The notes: generated by a model not told the origin, from the sequence alone. Counted from the whole stretch's first letter, positions 10,810 through 23,493 are shown. The stretch: DNA of 63,982 nucleotides, filler included, from Olpidium bornovanus S191 (GCA_017911155.1; 33 parts of 33 records of this genome joined end to end with filler, not necessarily neighbours in it), one strand, 5' to 3'. Made by a program: numbers and translations.

Positions 10810-12621
10810 GAGGTCCAGAAAGTCTGCGAGTGCATCTGCGTCATCAAGGGCATCAAGGACGTTTCGTGGAAGTCGGCCAAGATGATGATGTCGGCCATCG
10901 ACTTCAAGACGTCGCTGACGACCATGAACGTGGACGCGATCTCGTCCTCGCAGATGAAGGCCGTGAAAACCATCCTCCGCGAAATGGACATGACGTACCA
11001 GCGGATGACGGAGATCTCGTCGGCGGGGGCCGGGCTTTTCAAGTTTGTCATGGCCGTCGTGGGGTACTGCAACGTCGCGAAGGTCATCCTGCCGAAGCGC
11101 ATGGCCGTGGCGTCCCTGGAAAAAAACCTGGCCCTGAGCAAAAACGAGTACGACAAGATCACGAAGGAGCTCAAGGCGCTCAACGAAGAGCTCGCCGCGC
11201 TGCAGGAGAACTTCCACAAGGCGAAGGAGGAGCAGCAGGAGCTGAAGAGCATGGCCGAGGTGATGGAGCGCCGCCTGCGCGCCGCGGACAAGCTCATTTC
11301 TGGTCTCGAGTCGGAGCGGGTGCGGTGGTTGAAGGACCTGGAGGCCCTCCAAAACGAGAGAGTCCAGCTGCTCGGTGATTGCCTGCTTGTGTCGGCCTTC
11401 CTGAGCTACACTGGAGCCTTCAACTGGGAATTCCGGCACGAGCTGATTTACGGCAACTGGATGGTCGACCTGAGGGCGAGGAAGATCCCGATGAGCGAAA
11501 ACTTCAAAGTCGAGAAACTTTTGGCGACCGAGGTGGAGATGAGCAAATGGGCTTCGGAAGGGCTGCCGGCGGACGAGCTGTCCATCCAGAACGGCATTCT
11601 CACCACAAAGGGGAGTCGCTTCCCCCTCTGCATCGACCCGCAGCAGCAGGCCGTCAATTGGATCAAACGGAAGGAGGCTCAAAATAACCTGAAAGTCTGC
11701 ACGTTCAACGACTCGGACTTCCTCAAGCACCTGGAAATGGCCGTCACGTACGGGTTCCCGTTCCTCTTCGAAGACGTGGACGAGTACATCGACCCGGTCA
11801 TTGACAACATCCTCGAAAAGAACATCCGCTCGGCCGGGGCCCGCCGGTTCATCGTCCTCGGCGACAAGGAGGTCGACTACGACCCGAACTTCCGGCTGTA
11901 CCTCGTCTCCAAGCTCGCGAACCCGACGTACAGCCCGAAAGTGTTCGGGAGCGCGATCGTCATCAACTACAGCGTGACGTTCAAGGGCCTGCAGGACCAG
12001 CTCCTCAACGTCGTCGTCGCCCACGAGCGCAAGGAGCTCGAAGAGCAGCGCGAGCGGCTGATCACGGAGATGAGCCAGAACAAGAGCCTCCTGAAGGACC
12101 TGGAGGACACCCTCCTGCGGGAGCTCGCGTCGTCCACGGGCATGATGCTCGACAACATCGAGCTCATCCGGACGCTGGAGAGCACGAAGACGAAGGCGGT
12201 GGAGATCGCCCAGAAGCTGACCCTGGCGAACCAGACGTCCGCCGAGGTGGAGCAGTCGCGCGACGCCTACAGGCCCGCGGCGAAGTGCGGGGCCGTCCTC
12301 TTTTTCGTGCTCTCCGAGCTCGCCGTGATAAACCCCATGTACGAGTACTCGCTCAGCGCTTTCCTCGAGGTGTTCAACCAGTCGCTCGCGCGGAGCAAGC
12401 CGGACCCGATCCTGTCCAAGAGGCTCCCGAAAATCATCGACACGCTGAAGTACGCCGTGTACAACTACGCCTGCACGGGGCTGTTCGAAAACCACAAGCT
12501 CATGTTTTCGCTGCAGATGACGCTAAAGCTGATGGAGGCGGACGGGCAGATCGACACCAAGGAGCTTGACTTTTTCTTAAAGGGAAACATCTCGCTCGAA
12601 AACCCGTCGATGCCAAAGCCC
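10810..12621 (+). CDS. DNAH10: Axonemal inner-arm dynein heavy chain (DNAH10 / I1-alpha type), stalk-AAA5 fragment, intronless
   Basis: >600 open codons: [80 protein letters not shown]. Confidence 0.95.
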
Positions 12622-15466
12622 NNNNNNNNNNNNNNNNNNNNNNNNNNNNNNNNNNNNNNNNNNNNTTAATTAATTAANNNNNNNNNNNNNNNNNNNNNNN
12701 NNNNNNNNNNNNNNNNNNNNNCCGGTGCGCTGTGCCGATGACGTCGGAGGTTCGGGCGGCGCGACCGGGAGTTGATGCTGCGAGCGAGCGCGCTTGCGCC
12801 AGCGGTCGCCGAGGGAGCTCCCAGCGGGCGGCGGGCTGCATGTTATCACGGAGTTTGTTTTCCTGGCGACAAACGCTGCACGGAGCCGGGCGGGCACAGT
12901 TGGCCCGTAAGCAAGCCGGAAGCGGCGCAAATGGGACGTGAACCCCGCCGGCAAAATGTCCTGCCGCCCTTCATCTTTGGCCCCTTCTTCCCACGCACAC
13001 CTCCCCCCCCCCCCCCCCCACCTCTTTTGGATGCCCAAACGCACATATTATGCGATCGGTGACCGGGGCGTTGCAGGCGCCTTCGACGGTAGAGGCGTAC
13101 ATCGGAGCAGGTCCGCCTGAACGGGAAGCTTCGGCTCGAGGACTTTCGCGGGCGCCGTCCGTCCGCCGCGGGGTGCCGGTTGCCTGCCGTGTGGCCGTCC
13201 GCCGCCGCCTTTCGACGTCCTCCGCGTCCGGTGTATTCTGGTCTTCATATGGCGGCCGGGGTTGTCAGGATGAGAAGGGGTCGCGTGGTGTTCCGACCCC
13301 TTCCACTTCTCCCACTTCCCCCTCCTTTTTCCAGTTCCCCCCCCCCCTTTTTCCCCCCCTCTTCCCCCTTCCTTCTTCCCCCCCCCCCACCTCCTTCCGC
13401 ATCACCCTTACGTCCCTTACTCCCCCTCCGGCCCCCCTCTTCCACGCCCGTCTTTGGTTTTCTTTTTCGACTTTCTGTTCCGCCCACACATCCTCCCCCC
13501 GAAGGGAATCCCCGCTGCCGCCTCACACACCGCGCAGAATGCCGCTCCTGGAGCAGCTCTGTTGTCACGTTCGGTACATCGTAGATCCAATGCGCGTGGC
13601 AGCTTATCTGTCCCGCAGGTTTGTCTCGCTTGCTCTTTCTCTCTCTCTCTCTTTTGCCCCCGCCGTTGCCGCCGCACATCAGCGCACGAGTCCTCTTGGA
13701 CGCATGGTCGCCCCCCTCCCCTCCTCTCTGCCCCCTTCCGGCTGCGGGCACTCACGGCCCACGGGGCCCCGACCCCTGACGTCAGACCAGCCGGTCGGGG
13801 CAAACCCGCGAAATATCGCGGCCCTCCCCGGGGTCTCACGAAGCCTAAGCATGTTCGCGCCCTCCCAACCAGACCTGCCGAGCCGCTTCCGGTTTGGCTT
13901 TTCCAGTTTGTCAAAAGAAAAGGAAAAACAAAGTTACCTCAACTCCGCTTCGGAGAAGAGTTGGGGCGCTTTTTCCTTTTACCGAAGAACCCAANNNNNN
14001 NNNNNNNNNNNNNNNNNNNNNNNNNNNNNNNNNNNNNNTTAATTAATTAANNNNNNNNNNNNNNNNNNNNNNNNNNNNNNNNNNNNNNNNNNNNAACGTG
14101 ACTCGAAAGGCGCGGGAATGGGTTGTTAGCCAAACAGACTTCCAGATGCGTCCAGTAACAGTGCTGCTGGTGTGGGTGGCCACGTGGACCTTTTCCCGGG
14201 AAACTCGAGCGCATGTGACCTTCCCCTTCCGTCCCTTCATAGACATCGGCCTGCCCGCGCACCTTTAATAGATACAACCTCCGGCGTTCCCTTGCCAGCG
14301 GGGGAAGAGGGGGCGTCGAGAGCGGCCGCTTCGGCGGGTCGGGCAGGACCCTCGCGTGGAGTTCAAGCGGAACCGAGACAATTCCTTGGAAATCGGAGGA
14401 GCTTCGTTGCCGTCGGGCTTTGTCCGCCTCCTCCTCCGCGTTGGCGAGCTCGACTTTACGTGCGCACGAGGCAGAACACAAGAGCGGAATGGCGATATAG
14501 TTGTGTTGCAGCGTCGCGCCAGTCTACCTCAAGCCTCGTGGTCTCGGCTACGGCTTCGGTGAGGACGGTCCGCATCCCGCTCCACCTGCTGGCAGCGCCA
14601 GACCTCCGCAGCACGATTATCAGGGCATGAGTTGGAACCGTTTGTCAGGCAGAAGAAAAAAAAAAACCGAATTAGCCCCCCCCCCCCCCCCCCACCCCCC
14701 ACCCCGCCAATTGCTTTTGCTTGCTCCTCAAGAGCTGCGGTTCAAGCTTTTCTATCCTGATGCCGGCCACGAAAGAATAAAAATTCCTTCAGAGCGAAAG
14801 TGCGCGACGGCCGTTCCTCCCCTTTTCTCCCAACTACCTCGACGCCATGCCGCTCGCTACTTTCCGTGCAACGTGGCGTTTCACCCTCGGCACGTGACGG
14901 TACCCGACGAAAACATATTCCGATCCGAGGACGTTGAGATATAGAAGGGGGGGGGGGGCGGCGTTGAAGCTATTCGGGAAGTTGGATCGGCTGCGGGACG
15001 TGGGAAAGGTGGGGGAGGAGGGTGGGGGGGAAGGGGTGGGTGGTTTCCGCTCGCGGGCACTCTAGACAGCGCAGCAGTTCACGGATCACCGGGAGCCACC
15101 GTGAGTCCCCTTTTCTCCGCCAATCGCGGAATGCACTCGTTCGCTGCTGACGTCTTTGCCGCACTCCGTTCAACCCTTCCGCCATCTATCACAATCCGGC
15201 GGGACACTTTGGCAGTGTTGGCTGCACGCGACAGCAGAGCACGCCGTACTCTTGACCGCAGGGCACCCTCCGACTGGATATCTTTAGGCGTGCACCAGCG
15301 CAGCCCGGTCGTGCATATATTACATACATTTTATACAGTGTGCTCCTGCGCTATCTATAAAGCGAGGCGCGAGCCAGCGCAGCCCCGTTGTGCAAGATTA
15401 CATAACGTGCCAATGACCGTGAGAAACCGGTATAATATATACAGTAGACGGTTGGGAACGCCGCTA

Positions 15467-15850
15467 CTACTTCTTGGTAATGCTAGTCGTGGCGCCGGTC
15501 TCATCACTACAGACGACGTTGCAGTTGCTGTTCAAAACGCACAGTTCGTTTGGACCGGTGCCGGGCGGGCCTGGTACACGAGTGCCGGGCTTGTCGCACA
15601 CAGCGCGCGCCGGAGCCGCCGCCGGAGGATCGTTGATGGTTTCCAGTGGCCCGACGATCCTGAGGTCGCCGCTACTCCTAACATTACAGACGACGACGCA
15701 GCCGTCCTCCACAGTGCACACATCGTCTTCGGCGCCGGGCACGTTATCTATGCGAGTGCCGCGCGGGGGACAAGCCGGAGCGGCAGAGGCTGTGCTCGCG
15801 ACAGCGAAAGCCGCAAAGAGAAGGGAGAAGGCAGCTCCAGAGCCGCGCAT
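15467..15850 (-). CDS. Small secreted cysteine-rich protein (127 aa) with two tandem 4-Cys modules; candidate effector
   Basis: Signal-peptide-like MRGSGAAFSLLFAAFAVASTASA; 8 Cys; internal repeat C-xx-x-GTR...C-x4-C-x-VVC; double TAG stop; upstream TATATAA. Confidence 0.85.
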   Translation of the reverse strand: MRGSGAAFSLLFAAFAVASTASAAPACPPRGTRIDNVPGAEDDVCTVEDGCVVVCNVRSSGDLRIVGPLETINDPPAAAPARAVCDKPGTRVPGPPGTGPNELCVLNSNCNVVCSDETGATTSITKK

Positions 15851-15937
15851 GGTGTTACAGTGTTTTTGAAGGGAGAAGAAGTGGTAAAGTGTTGTGGTGA
15901 GGTTGAAAAAGGTCCTTTTGACGACGGGGGGCGCGCC

Positions 15938-15947
15938 ATTATATAAT
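15938..15947 (-). promoter_or_regulatory. TATA-like box upstream of the secreted protein
   Basis: Minus strand CATTATATAATG about 90 nt upstream of the ATG, in otherwise GC-rich DNA. Confidence 0.45.
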
Positions 15948-16525
15948 GCCCCGCGGAGTCAGCGGCANNNNNNNNNNNNNNNNNNNNNNNNNNNNNNNNN
16001 NNNNNNNNNNNTTAATTAATTAANNNNNNNNNNNNNNNNNNNNNNNNNNNNNNNNNNNNNNNNNNNNCATGCTCGTTGCCGCGGCGTCATTCACGAGAAT
16101 GATTCACACTGCCGGAAAAGTAGCAGGAAAGGACCGGGGTTGTGCGCGAACCGCGCAAAATCCAGCTGTGTTTTCTTTCTGAGAAGCATCTTCGCCGCAC
16201 GTTAGCAACAACTGGACCGTGTTCACGCAAATGTCGCTATCTTCGGGTTTTCTTCTGCACTCCGCGTTTTTCCTCTCGTTTCCCATCTGCCCTGTAGAGT
16301 CTTTATGAAGATCCGGATGTTTCACTGCTGGCTCGGCAGCCTGTCCGCCTGCAGCGGAAGATCTCAAAACATTATGCCGGATGTAAATCGTCAGCAGCCC
16401 GTACCGTCAACCTTTGCTGGGATTTCTGACGGAAGCGGGTTCTTAAACGCTGCCATTTTCAGAATAATCGATATTCTCGCTCGACCAACGCTTGGTGATC
16501 GTTCCGCGCGTTGAGCGTTGTGAAC

Positions 16526-16573
16526 GCCCTTGCGGTCGCCCTTGCGGTCGCCCTTGCGGTCGCCCTTGTGGTC
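16526..16573. repeat. 12-bp tandem repeat (GCCCTTGCGGTC) x4
   Basis: Seen directly in the sequence. Confidence 0.85.
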
Positions 16574-18051
16574 AACGGATACGGCGAAGAGCGAAGCAGG
16601 CTCGGTAAAAGATAAGGGGACCCCCCGCCACCACCATTACTTTGCAACTATATCTGCTCTACAAACTTTGCAAGTTGCTTTTAGTTGCTCGATTATTTCT
16701 CGTTCCCGTGCAGGAGAGACACTGGGAACAGGGGGCAGATATCCGACACGTGGGAACCAGGTTCACGAGCCCTGGCGCGAGGCTTGGGGAAAGGGTAGCC
16801 GACCGGTTTTTTTCCAAGGGCGCCCGGGAAGGATAGGGGTCCGCGACGTCCGCGGCCGCAAGCCGTACGGAGTCTGCAAGGGAAAGGTAAACTTCCGAAG
16901 TTTGGGTTGACCGACGTGAGCAATAGCAAAGGGCAAGCGATGCCATACCGACTACGCTGGCCGGCCCGTGTGATGCCGGCGCGGGGGCGCTGCAGATTCC
17001 CAGACTCGGGGGCATGCGCCCCTCTCGTCTTTTATCTTTTCCGGGCAGTGCGCGGGCGTGAGTCGGAGGTGACTGGTTGGGTGACTGAGTGGTAGAACGG
17101 AGAGATCTTCCGGGTAGCCCGTGGCGTGCCCCGTAGGTTCCGAGTTAACGGTGTTGGACTTTTTGTCCTGTCCTTGCTTGGCAGCTGTTCTGACAGGGTG
17201 TGCCCGTAGGGAACATCGCTGCCAACGGATGGCTTTTTATCCAACCAGGAAGCCGGAAAGACGCTTGCCTGCCTGGTCCGCGCCGGAGAGACCTAAGCGC
17301 GACGATATCCCGTTCCCGGGTCCTTCCGCGCTGCCGGCTTGGTCCCTTGTTCAGAAAAGGCCTGGCGCCCCGTGCTCGCTGGCCTGCGCGAGGTGCTTGA
17401 GGTCGAGATCATGACAGAAGCTATGAGGGCGAGGCTCGCGTGGGGGCGCTTTTGGGATGTGGGGAAGGAGGGAAGCCACGGAGGAGACCCCAGCCACCCC
17501 GGCGGGGCAAACAGCACCGCGACAACATCGGACGAAATGCCAGGCAGCGGACGTGCGAGTCCTCTGTTTCTCCTGTCCCTTCCGGGCCGGCGGACGACAG
17601 GAGAGGGCGTGTGATGGTCGGCGCCGGGTAGGCGGAGTTGGGCATTCGAGTGGTGAGTGGCTGACGTCGTTTTCGTCGCACTCCCTTTCTCCCGCGGCAG
17701 CAGACGGCGGGGAAGCAAAAAAAAAAAAAAACCTCTATTTTGGGCAACACAATAACGAACACATTCTGCTGGAGCCCCGCCATCGCGAGAAAAGAGACCA
17801 CTTTTCCGGCAGAGAAATCCCGGAGCGAGAGAGGGAGAGAAAGAGGAAGAGGGAGCGATCGAGCAAAGAAAGAGAGAAACGAGAGAGAGAGAGAGAGAGA
17901 GAGAGCCCGAGGGAGGGACAGAGCAAGCAGAGAAAAAACGAAAGCGACCCAACCCCAACAGGCGGGCTTTCAGGCAGCTTTTTTTTTCTTCCCGAAACTT
18001 CCCGTACTTTCGAGACGCTGGTGCCGGCGGGCGGGCAGGGGCGGGTGGGAT

Positions 18052-18922
18052 ATGGAAGCGGCGCAGCCGACGTGTGCGCTTCCCGCCGGACGCGACGGCG
18101 CCAGGCGAGCGCAGTTCAAAACGAACGAAGAACCCTCCACATGGACCGCTGCCAGCGGGGAGGCGGCAGCCAGCTCAGCTCCGGCCACGCCCGGCGAGAA
18201 CCAGACGCCAAGGAGCCTGCAGGCTGTTCAACTGGAGGTCAAGGTGGTGGAGCTCGAGAGGAAGATATTTGAGCTGGAGCGCGCGGTGCAGGTTTGGAAT
18301 GCGCCGTCGTTTTTCTTGTGGGGAAAAGCGCGGGTGTGACGGGGTCGGAGGAAAAGAAAAAAAAACCCAAGTCGGAGCCCTTGATTTGGGTTTCCTTTTT
18401 TGCTACCGCTTACGGATCGCCGCATTTTGCGTTCTGCCGGTCGTCAGGACGAACGGAAGGTACACTCGCTGCAGTTCAGCGCAAAGACGAGCATGATCGA
18501 CGCACTGCGGATCAAGGTGAACAGGCTGGAATTCGCGATCAAGGAGGCGATCATCTTCCTCTCGAAACCGCTGGAGAAGATGCAGAGCGTCATGACGTCG
18601 GGAATCCAGAAGGGCGCCGGTGGTAGGGCGACGGGAGGCGGAGATGCGAAGAAACAAGAGAACGCCGTGAAGACTAAAAAGGCCGGCGACGCACGGCAGG
18701 CGTCGCAACAACAACAACAACAACAACAACAACAACCCTCGCAGCCGGCGTCGCTGTTCTCGCCGCTCGAGAGCGAGTGCCTGGAATGCATGCGGTTCAG
18801 CATCCAGTACCTGGAGAAGGCGCAGGCGGCTACTAGCCACATCAGCCCTGCCGGCCACGCGAAGCCGGGTGTTGCGCTGGCGGCCTTTCCCGAAAGAAGG
18901 GCTAGCGAGGACGAGTCCATGC
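18052..18922 (+). CDS. Hypothetical coiled-coil protein with poly-Q, 2 exons (18052-18291, 18448-18922), 3' truncated
   Basis: LEVKVVELERKIFELERAVQ|DERKVHSLQFSAKTSMIDALRIKVNRLEFAIKEAIIFLSKPL; GT-AG phase-0 intron; (CAA)n tract. Confidence 0.65.
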
Positions 18923-20593
18923 NNNNNNNNNNNNNNNNNNNNNNNNNNNNNNNNNNNNNNNNNNNNTTAATTAATTAANNNNNNNNNNNNNNNNNNNNNN
19001 NNNNNNNNNNNNNNNNNNNNNNACCAAAGTTCGGGTTGTCTGAGGAACACCGAAGAGTTTGTCAAATAATCAAGTCTCAATCACGCACGAAACCGCCAAT
19101 TTGCGATTAAGCTTTCGTGACATCGGAAGACATATTCTCATGCAATTCAGCAATAGGACTTGAGACGACCTGTCACGGAGGGCAGTGTCGGATGCTGTGC
19201 AGCCGGCTTTGACGCAGCGCCGCTGTTGCGGGGTTCGTCGCTCTACCCACGTAATCTCTCTTCCACGCATTGTGAGGGAACTCGGCCGAACCGCGCCAAA
19301 GGCCTGAACCGTGCCAGGTTCCCTCAAGGACGGCGCATGCCAGAGCCCGAGCACCGCCACAAAGCCAAAACTCAGGCGGGGAAATCTATGGCGACACCGG
19401 CGCGCAAGATCTCGGCCATCTTTGACCGAGCCGAGCCGAGCCCACCCGTGTCCCGCCGCGCATAGCCAAACTGCAGCAAATGCAATTTTTTTTAATGCGA
19501 AGTCGTGTTAGAAGGTACTTTTCTGCCGGGGAACGAACACCTGCCGCCAAGAATACCCGACCGCTTGTCAGAAGGCCTTCTTCGACGCCCACGCCCAAGC
19601 GTTTGCCAGTCGCCCTTGGCCGCAGGCCAACGCCCGCCTCGCACGTTGCCGGCGCCTTTGCTCAATCCCGCTGCCGCAACGCGCGTCGTGAACACGTTTG
19701 CATCATCAGAAGACCCTTTCTCGCACCGCCACCCAGCTTGCACTGCACACCAAACCTGCCTAGCACACTACTGCCGTAGGCCCCTTCTAGTGCGTGGGCC
19801 TGTCAACACACACGTTTGATGAAGCGACGTGTGATGCCACCGGATGTGCCGCGCCCGCAGGGCGCCACCAGTGCCGCGCTGCACGTTGTCCGACCACGCC
19901 ATGCGGCCACCGCCGGCGCCGTCACGGCCTCGAAGTTGCCAGTGACGTCCCAACTGTACCGAGGCCAGCCCACTGCGAGCATCGTGTGCGCGAGGCGAAG
20001 GGGCGGGATACGGGCCGGGCTGTCAACAGGCTTGGGGTGAGGTCGCGTGTTCTGCGCCACCGCTTCAGGCATTTGTAAAGTAAACTCGCGGCTAGCAGCA
20101 AGGCTGCCACATGGTTTAGAGCTCCTCTGCGCCATTTAGAGTGCAGCGGCATGGGGGAGGAACGGGGAAGGGCGGAGGGCGTCTCATCGCGTGCCCGGTC
20201 GACAGTTGCCCCTTCCTAAAAACCTACCGGCTGCGCCCGCAGGGGCCGTCTTTGCTCCGCGCACGCCCGTCTTTCTGCACAGATCCCATCCCTTCGCAGA
20301 CAGGGAAGACGCGTTCCACCACGCCCACAGCAAACGCGCGGCTAAGGGAAGAAGTATGCAGAGGAGTTCAAGCGGCTGGCAAACCTGTTTATCCGTTCTT
20401 ACAGAGTTGCAATAAGCTCTAAACTAACAAGCACGGCCTTAAGTCCGAGCCCAGACCCGATGAACGTCGTGAAGGCCTGTGACTTTGACATGGNNNNNNN
20501 NNNNNNNNNNNNNNNNNNNNNNNNNNNNNNNNNNNNNTTAATTAATTAANNNNNNNNNNNNNNNNNNNNNNNNNNNNNNNNNNNNNNNNNNNN

Positions 20594-20632
<39 letters not shown>

Positions 20633-20727
20633 GAGGGAAGAAACCCGGCGGCACCCTCGCTCCTCCGATCTCGGGCGCGAGACAAACGCAAACCGCGCGT
20701 CCGAGCTCGCCGGACGCGTCCACCGAC

Positions 20728-22265
20728 GTGTGTTCGCGGTGGAACGCGTGCCGCACACCGCTGGCTGCATCCCTCCCAAACGGGGCGGAGGAGCATTTCA
20801 ACCGGCCGGCAGAAGGGTTTCTTGACGTGGTCGCGAGCCGCTCCACCACCCGTGGCGATGACTGTGGCAACTACGCAAACCGCGAGGGCGACGTCCCCGG
20901 CTCAGCAGCAATGGCAGCCGGGAAGTGCTGCGGCGGACCCAAGGAAATCGAAGGTGCAGAAGAGTATCCGCGATTGGGCCGCGAAAGACAGACCGCTGGG
21001 AGGTATGGGACGGCTGTCTTTCCTTTTCTCGTATCGGGACGGCTGTCCGGTGGTCTAATGCGTCCCGATTTTGCAGTACAGCTAGGTTCAAGCCATTATG
21101 CCTTGAGCACACCGCCCTGGTTGCCTGGACAGCAACCCGGCGACGCTTGCGCAGTTGCCGACGAGCACGATTTCCAGCCGCCAGCAGCGACGCGATGTTA
21201 TTCTGTCCCACCTACGAGAACGAGGGCAGCATCAGCAAAAACGGGCCGCGCGGTCAGGATGACCGGCGAATCGCAAGTCACAGACGCTGCCCTTCAGGCG
21301 ACAACGGCGCCTCCGAGGACAGGCGTGCTTTATCAGTCAGAAAGCTCAGGGACGCCATCGTTTTCGCGATATGCGCTCGCTCGTCCAGCGGGCGACGACG
21401 ACGCATGGGAGTATGACTTGCGTCGAATGCTAGAGTCCGGATCAGTGGAATGCAACAGGCAGCCGGAACGCCGAGCAGATAAGATTGCCAATGTTTCGAG
21501 TGATGATGCTTGTCGATTAAGGGAGACTCCAACCGTGAACGGTCAGGAGTCCAGTCCGCGGCAAAACGAATTTCTACCCTCAGAGGGCACGGGTTCCAGG
21601 AAGCAGAACGAAAACCAAGCGCATGAAAACCCTTCTGACCCCTCCCAAACCGTCTGCAAAGAGGGCACGCCGCGGGCCGTCACCAACAGCGACCTGAGGG
21701 CCGAAACCATGGGCCAGCCCTCGACGGTGATACGACCTGTAGACGCATGCAGAATGCCCCACAAGAGAAAAAGGCGCCTTGTCGCCGTCGATTCCGATAG
21801 CGAGCGTGGAGCAACATCAATTGTTCCGTGTGTAAAATTGGCAGTCGGCGGTGACCCGATGGCACTTCCACCTCAATCGCCGTCATCATCGAGCTTTCAT
21901 GACATTGGCAAGGCGAATGGATTGGGGGACAGCAACGGTCACACGGGAAAGCGGGGGACGCGGCGGCGGCTGCTGTCTGCATTGGAGGCGTCACCCTCGA
22001 CAGAGAAGGCCTGCAACGTATTGGACGAGTACGCGCACGATGGGCATACGTACGAAGAGGCGCTGGCGGATGTTTTTTCAGCATACGGGGACGTCGGGTT
22101 CGGAGGTCGCTATCCGGTAAGCATTGACAATCGCGTCAGAGCGCGTGTGATGACTCTTTTCCCCTCTCACTATCTGCAATACCGTTTGGTTCCCAGCAAT
22201 CTGGATTGTCACCGAAGCGGAACGGATGTAAGCTCTCGGCAATGGTGCAGTGCCCGATTTGCATG
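20728..22265 (+). CDS. Long low-complexity hypothetical ORF, truncated
   Basis: >500 open codons, Ser/Pro/Ala-rich, HKRKRR NLS-like motif; true start uncertain. Confidence 0.4.
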
Positions 22266-22386
22266 NNNNNNNNNNNNNNNNNNNNNNNNNNNNNNNNNNN
22301 NNNNNNNNNTTAATTAATTAANNNNNNNNNNNNNNNNNNNNNNNNNNNNNNNNNNNNNNNNNNNNCCCCCCCCCCCCCCGGGGGGG

Positions 22387-22436
<50 letters not shown>

Positions 22437-22475
22437 AAGAACGGGATACACGACGCGGTAGTAGCTGCAACGTAC

Positions 22476-23070
22476 CGCAACGTTGACATCCCAGAGCTTG
22501 ATAGATCCATCTCCAGAGGCGGTGACGAGCTGATACTCGTTCACCTCGCTCCAAGCCAGATCAAACAGGCCGTCTTGCGTGTCGTAGCTTCACGGAGAAC
22601 GGCGGGCCGACCAGCGCAACATCATAGAGAAACACGCGGACGTTCGAGGCCGGCGAGGGCGTGAGACCCCAGCCCCGGGACGCGCTCCGCGCCGGCAACA
22701 AGGCCGACGAGGAAGCCCAAAACCCTGCAAACTTACAACGTACAGCTTCACGGCGTGGACGCCGCCCAGGTCGAGCGCGATGTCGAGGATGTACAGCCTG
22801 CCGTTTCCGACAAGGCCGAAGTTGGCGGCGGCGGCGCATGCCAGGCGATGTTCGAAAAACGGACTGTACTGAACCTGTCCGCAAGGGGAGAGTTCCCGAA
22901 CCGGGGTTTTGCGCAACCGGCAGCCGCAGCCGTTTAGGCGCGATAATGAAGTCACAAAGACTCCACGTTTCACGACACCCTTGGGCTTTCGAGTGTCCAG
23001 TGCTCGAGAGAGACGCGGGGCAACGCACCGAGTATCCCTTGAACCCTGCGGTGGTGTAGGCCAGGAACAT
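22476..23070 (-). CDS. PEX7: Peroxisomal PTS2 receptor Pex7, 5' part; exons 23070-23029, 22874-22744, 22587-22476
   Basis: [14 protein letters not shown]|[30 protein letters not shown]...|[33 protein letters not shown]; canonical splice sites. Confidence 0.95.
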
Positions 23071-23390
23071 GGAAGGGAACGAACCACAGCGGACTGATGC
23101 GCGTTGCGTCTGGGCCCTCGTCGCTGCTGCTCTTTCCGGCAACCGCCCGCCCTCGTCTGCCTCCGGGCCGTCTGGTGCGTCTGGAGCGTTTGCGTCGCGC
23201 GGAAACGCAAGCGCGCGCGCGCGGGGGGGGGGGCGCTGACACAGCCCGGGGTGCGCCGCCTCTCCCCCGCCCCACCCCGCGAGGCGGCGGGGCCGCGGCC
23301 ACGCAGAGCGCACGAGCGCACCCGCGGAGCGCCACGCCCGTTCGCCATCCCGTTCCTCTCTCCCGGCCACGCGCCGCCTGCCGCCAACGC

Positions 23391-23432
<42 letters not shown>

Positions 23433-23448
23433 GGTCTCTCTCTTTCTC

Positions 23449-23490
<42 letters not shown>
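23391..23490. repeat. (CT)n microsatellite in the divergent PEX7/NIPA intergenic region
   Basis: Seen directly; TATATAAA at ~23595. Confidence 0.9.

Positions 23491-23493
<3 letters not shown>

Noticed and set aside
10756-12495. 579-aa antisense ORF over dynein, and similar long antisense ORFs over noxB, MDM1, NIPA and the WD40 gene
   Set aside because: Shadow ORFs caused by high GC3 codon bias; the opposite strand carries the conserved protein.
17060-17160. tRNA or tRNA-derived SINE head (GGTGACTGAGTGGTAG ... GGTTCCGAG)
   Set aside because: Box A/B only loosely matched and no acceptor-stem complementarity found.
19023-20493. Possible LINE RT in this contig
   Set aside because: No QG or YADD motifs found in the frames I examined.
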